Positions 60,363 to 64,000 of a DNA stretch of 64,000 bases are shown here, piece after piece. This DNA comes from an uncultured archaeon (GTDB lineage: Archaea; Thermoproteota; Nitrososphaeria_A; Caldarchaeales; Wolframiiraptoraceae), in the NCBI GenBank assembly GCA_938083505.1, contig CALKCF010000006.1, positions 119,047 through 183,046 on the forward strand. Direction: 5' to 3'. The stretch's first letter is position 1. Every line of letters starts with the position of its first letter. The translations under genes and the position numbers were made by a program. Below the pieces are notes generated by a model that searched no databases, had not been told where the DNA came from, and saw only the letters and a list, made by a program, of their open reading frames with translations.

Positions 60363-60384
60363 GCCACGTCTCCTGAGACGTGGC
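60363..60384. repeat. 10-bp perfect inverted repeat
   Basis: GCCACGTCTC-CT-GAGACGTGGC. Confidence 0.8.
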
Positions 60385-60389
60385 TGTGA

Positions 60390-60725
60390 TCATCCGCTAG
60401 TAACCAAATAGCCCGAAGTCTCAGAGTGGCCGTAACTCAAATAACAATTTGAGTTATCATCGAGATAATCGGCTTGACGCAAAACTATAGCCAGTTTCAT
60501 CTGTGCTGTGATTAAAATAATCTTATCTAGTGCTTTCGTATGTCTAGCCACAGTAGTGCCAATTTCTGACCGTTCCCATGACACCGAAGCTAAAACTTTT
60601 GACCCGGGAGATTATTTACCACATCTCTTATTTCTGCAATAAGTTTCCCAGGTTGAGGTGCCAGTTTTCGCAACACTAACCATAACGTCTCTTATAACAC
60701 TGGATTGCCTCCACTTGGCCTTATC
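60390..60725 (-). pseudogene. Remnant of beta-rich virion/surface protein domain
   Basis: Across a shift reads IAEIRDVVNNLPGSKVLASVSW...ITAQMKLAIVLR, resembling choice-of-anchor-R-like domains of viral tail/surface proteins. Confidence 0.4.
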
Positions 60726-60735
60726 ATAACAATTT

Positions 60736-61104
60736 GTGTGGCAAATGTTTGCACAGGTCGAGGGCTGGCTAGAGCATGAGGTCATAGCTAGGGAGCTTGC
60801 GGATGAGTGTTACCGTATGGCGAAGCGTTGCTTTGAGGATGGTGATATTAAGAACGGCCAGAAGGCAAGGTTCGAGGTAGTGGCAGAAAAGGCGCAGAAA
60901 GCCCTCGCAGAGATGGCAAAAAGGGTGACAGTGCATCCTTTCTGCACTCCGAAGGGTGTGAAGAAGGATGGGTGGAAGTTCCACGGTCTTTATGACGACA
61001 ATCTTCCCGCTGAAGAGGATGGACAATCAGGATGTCATTTTAGGTGCTTTGTTGTGGATGGATGCTTTGATGATGTTGTTTTGATTGTGGCCACTTCGAT
61101 ATAG
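60736..61104 (+). CDS. Hypothetical, probably viral fragment
   Basis: Helical protein-like N-half upstream of terminase; no motif. Confidence 0.35.
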   Translation: MWQMFAQVEGWLEHEVIARELADECYRMAKRCFEDGDIKNGQKARFEVVAEKAQKALAEMAKRVTVHPFCTPKGVKKDGWKFHGLYDDNLPAEEDGQSGCHFRCFVVDGCFDDVVLIVATSI

Positions 61105-61369
61105 GACGGTACCCCACAAAAGTCTACAACCGTTGTCAAACTTGTAACTTAAAAAACTAGGCCGAATAGTGTGGATCATGTGGCAGGTACAACCCAGAAG
61201 TTGGAGGAAATGGTGGTAGATACTAACCAGTATAAAGCAGCAGGAAGTCGTGGAGAGGTATAGATCGACCATCGAGTATGTCGCTAAAACGCTCGCAAGT
61301 ATAGCCGGTATACCTCAGAGAACCGCCAGCATACTCTGGAGGATAGTGCCGAAGGGCCAAACTGAACTT

Positions 61370-62772
61370 ATGACATTCAGTACATTATATCAGCGAATTA
61401 AGGACTACACAATTAATGAACTGAAAAGCCCTGACGTTTTTGCAAAGTGTTCTTAAAGTTTGAACCAACATCGTAGCAGCTTAAGCTCATAGTAGACCAA
61501 GCGAAAAGAATCGCGGTTATGGGCTACTGTCAATCTGGAAAATCCTACGCACTCACAGCTAAAACCATCTTGTTCTGCATAACGCACCCAGGCTTAAGGG
61601 TTATCTATTGCGCTCCAAGCTTTAGACAGTCGAAGACATATTTCTGCAAAATCAAGGAACATTTAACGATGTAGCCGGCTGTACGGATAGCTTAGATTCT
61701 TGAGGAATTGAAGACAAAAATCAAGTTTACAAATGGTAGCTAGGTTGAGGCATTTCCGTACGCACCCGAGCGCCTAAGGGGCGATACCTGCGACTTCATA
61801 CTCGCCGATGAAGCGGCATTCATTCCTGATGATGAATTCTTTGAAGATGTACTGAAACCCATGCTAGCTACGCGTTGGGAGAAGGGTGCCCAGCTGATAG
61901 TCTGCTCCACGCCTTGGGACACGAACAACTATTTTTGTAGAACCTTCAAAGACCTACATATAGTATCTGAGTGGGGCCATCAAGTGTGGACTTGGTGTGA
62001 GGCCGTGGCTGATGGCGTCATACCTATGAACTTCATCGAAAGTGAGATGTAGATAAAGGATATGAGCTTCTTTAAGCGTGAATACGAAGCCGAGTTCGTC
62101 TCAGATGAAGACAGCTGGCTGACGCTGGATTTGATAAACCGCTGTTTGGACGCTGATGAACGTTTCTGGGATTTTGAGGAATATCATGTGAGCGAATTTT
62201 ATATAGGCCTCGACTTGGGTAAGAAAGTTGATTATTCAGTGTTAACGGCTATCGAGAAGGTAGGCGATGAGCTTTACGTAAGACATGTAAAAGTTTGGCC
62301 ACTCGAAACTCCCTACTCAGCCATCGTAGGTTACGTGAAGGTTCTTTCAGAAAGATGGCGCCTGTCCTATAAGATTCTTGTAGACCAGACAGGTGTCGGT
62401 GAATACGTAGCAGAAGATATGTTAAATGTTCAAATACCGAACTTAGAAGGTGTAATCTTAACGGCCCCGAAGAAAGTCGAGATTGCTAACTACCTCAAGC
62501 AGAAGATGCAGGAGGGCTGTAAGCAAGACAGCAAAGGAAAGTGGTCCGGAACATCTAGGTTACACATCCCATATTCGGAGGACAGCGAGCTCATCAGGAG
62601 GATCGTTGCGGAGCTAAATACAGAAAAATATATGTTGACGAAGGATGGGAGCATAAAGTTCTACCATCCGGATAACACATATGACGATATTTTCTGGAAT
62701 CTCGCTTTGGCCGTGTACGCAATTAGAAGTACTTATGATGTGAACATAACACCACTCTTTACTATACGATAA
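61370..62772 (+). pseudogene. Phage terminase large subunit pseudogene
   Basis: QSGKS, APSFRQS, NGS.VEAFP, LRG, DEAAF, STPW, EYEAEF, GLDLGKKVDYS, DQTGVG, DD.FW.LALA; one frameshift near 61450 and five in-frame TAG. Confidence 0.92.
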
Positions 62773-62843
62773 ATTTTGAATTAAACGAGTTAGCAAGAAA
62801 TCACAAGAGGGTGATTGTAGAAGACGTGTGAATATTAAAATTC

Positions 62844-63995
62844 TTACATCAAACCGATTTGCTCTGCTACTAGCTGAGAAAGGTCGATAACTCTCTTACG
62901 ATTCTGTTGTGAAGATGCGGCCTGCAACAAGTTTTGGACACATGTCGGACACGCTGTCGTTATCACTTCTGCATTTGTGGATGCAAGCATCTCGTACCTC
63001 TTTTTGGATAAATACTCCGCTATTGATGGATAATTGGCCTTCAGTAAGCCTCCCCCGCCGCAACAACAAGAGTGCGCGCCGTTGTATTTCGGATACACAA
63101 CATTTGCTATACTGCTTAGCACGTTTATGGGTTCTTTTATAATCCCGCACACTCTTGAAAGCTCACAAGGTTCATGATATGTTATTAGCACATCAAGTTT
63201 CGGTATTTTTAATTTACTTTTCTTAACGTAGTTGTTAAGAAATTCCGTGAAGTGAATGACTTCAAAGTTAGGTTTAATTCCCAACAACTTTGGATACTCA
63301 TACTTTAAAGCCAAGTAGCATCCTGGACATCCAGTAATCACCTTCTTGGAATCCACGGAAGATATTTCTCTGATGTTATGCTCTGCGATCGTTCTCGCTT
63401 CATTTAACGCTCCCGCTAGGACGAGTGGGTGCCCGCAACACCATTCATCCTTTAATATTGTCCAATCTTCATTTAAATAATTCAATATGCTTGTTATAGC
63501 CTGTGCTATCGTCTGTACCATCCCTGAGAACGATGCGACACATCCTACAAAATATACAATGTCTGCAGAATCTTTGATCTTAACATCAGCATCTGTATAC
63601 ATTATCCAATCATTCCTAGAAGTGTTGTCCATCATGTAAACATTCTTGAATTCAATTATGGTGTTGGAAAGTCTTTTTACAGTATCGGGAACTATGCCAA
63701 GCTCAAAGAGCTTTTGTCTTGCCAGCAAAGATACCTCTCCTATATTTATACCTTGAGGACATTTGTATGCGCAAGAGTAGCATGTAGAACATTTGTAGAA
63801 TTTTTCAGATAACTTAATCGTTGGTTGTAATTCTCCTCTTATAAAGGCTAAGAAAAGTGTTTTACGTCCACGCGGACTAAATGATTCCTCATAGTTTTCT
63901 GCTTCCACAATTGGACATGTGGAGCGACAAAAACCGCAATGTTCGCAAAAGTTAAGCTTTTTGAGCACGTCCTCCACAACAATTTCAAATGACAA
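62844..63995 (-). CDS. (Fe-S)-binding protein, HdrD/GlpC-like (4Fe-4S dicluster + 2 CCG domains); may extend off window
   Basis: CEHCGFC...CP, CSTC..C...CP, YFVGC, CCG, CPGC, YHEPC, CCGGGG, TACP.C. Confidence 0.92.
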   Translation of the reverse strand: MSFEIVVEDVLKKLNFCEHCGFCRSTCPIVEAENYEESFSPRGRKTLFLAFIRGELQPTIKLSEKFYKCSTCYSCAYKCPQGINIGEVSLLARQKLFELGIVPDTVKRLSNTIIEFKNVYMMDNTSRNDWIMYTDADVKIKDSADIVYFVGCVASFSGMVQTIAQAITSILNYLNEDWTILKDEWCCGHPLVLAGALNEARTIAEHNIREISSVDSKKVITGCPGCYLALKYEYPKLLGIKPNFEVIHFTEFLNNYVKKSKLKIPKLDVLITYHEPCELSRVCGIIKEPINVLSSIANVVYPKYNGAHSCCCGGGGLLKANYPSIAEYLSKKRYEMLASTNAEVITTACPTCVQNLLQAASSQQNRKRVIDLSQLVAEQIGLM

Positions 63996-64000
63996 TCCTT

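Noticed and set aside
61370-62772. Host-wide TAG reassignment (pyrrolysine/Gln)
   Set aside because: Core genes here (SUI1, tfb, lhr, NUDIX) end in TAG at expected lengths; no pyl genes seen
1-64000. CRISPR array, tRNA or rRNA genes
   Set aside because: No regularly spaced repeats or cloverleaf/rRNA-like sequence seen by eye; a tRNAscan/Infernal run would be needed to exclude small RNAs

Overview
A 64-kb chromosomal segment from a thermophilic archaeon. TFB, Sm, archaeal MAT, TiaS, NurA/HerA, reverse gyrase, F420 genes and a Tup tungstate transporter fit a TACK/Aigarchaeota-like organism; the taxonomy is inference. Positions 1-46.9 kb are dense housekeeping genes: RIO2, Sm, MAT, GT-C, Elp3, Mer-like, SUI1, TFB, CysRS, an F420 cluster (nitroreductase-cofD ... 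cofC) split by an ADH plus an Archaeoglobus-like reverse gyrase, Lhr helicase, Nob1, NAD kinase, TiaS and nurA-herA-mre11-rad50. The most notable element is a compact operon at 29.5-32.7 kb encoding a short, apparently hinge-less Smc5/6-like ATPase, an ScpA-type kleisin and a MAGE/Nse3-like kite protein. The Rad50 here has no zinc hook, and herA carries two +1 frameshifts. From 46.9 kb the region is accessory and partly decayed: liv pseudogenes, an intact ModE-PBP regulator plus tupABC with a visible operator, MFS and acyl-CoA dehydrogenase pseudogenes, a tnpB split into two complementary halves in permuted order around an intact radical SAM gene, and a provirus relic with a terminase pseudogene. 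I saw no tRNA, rRNA or CRISPR array. All family calls come from motif recognition by eye; no searches were run.
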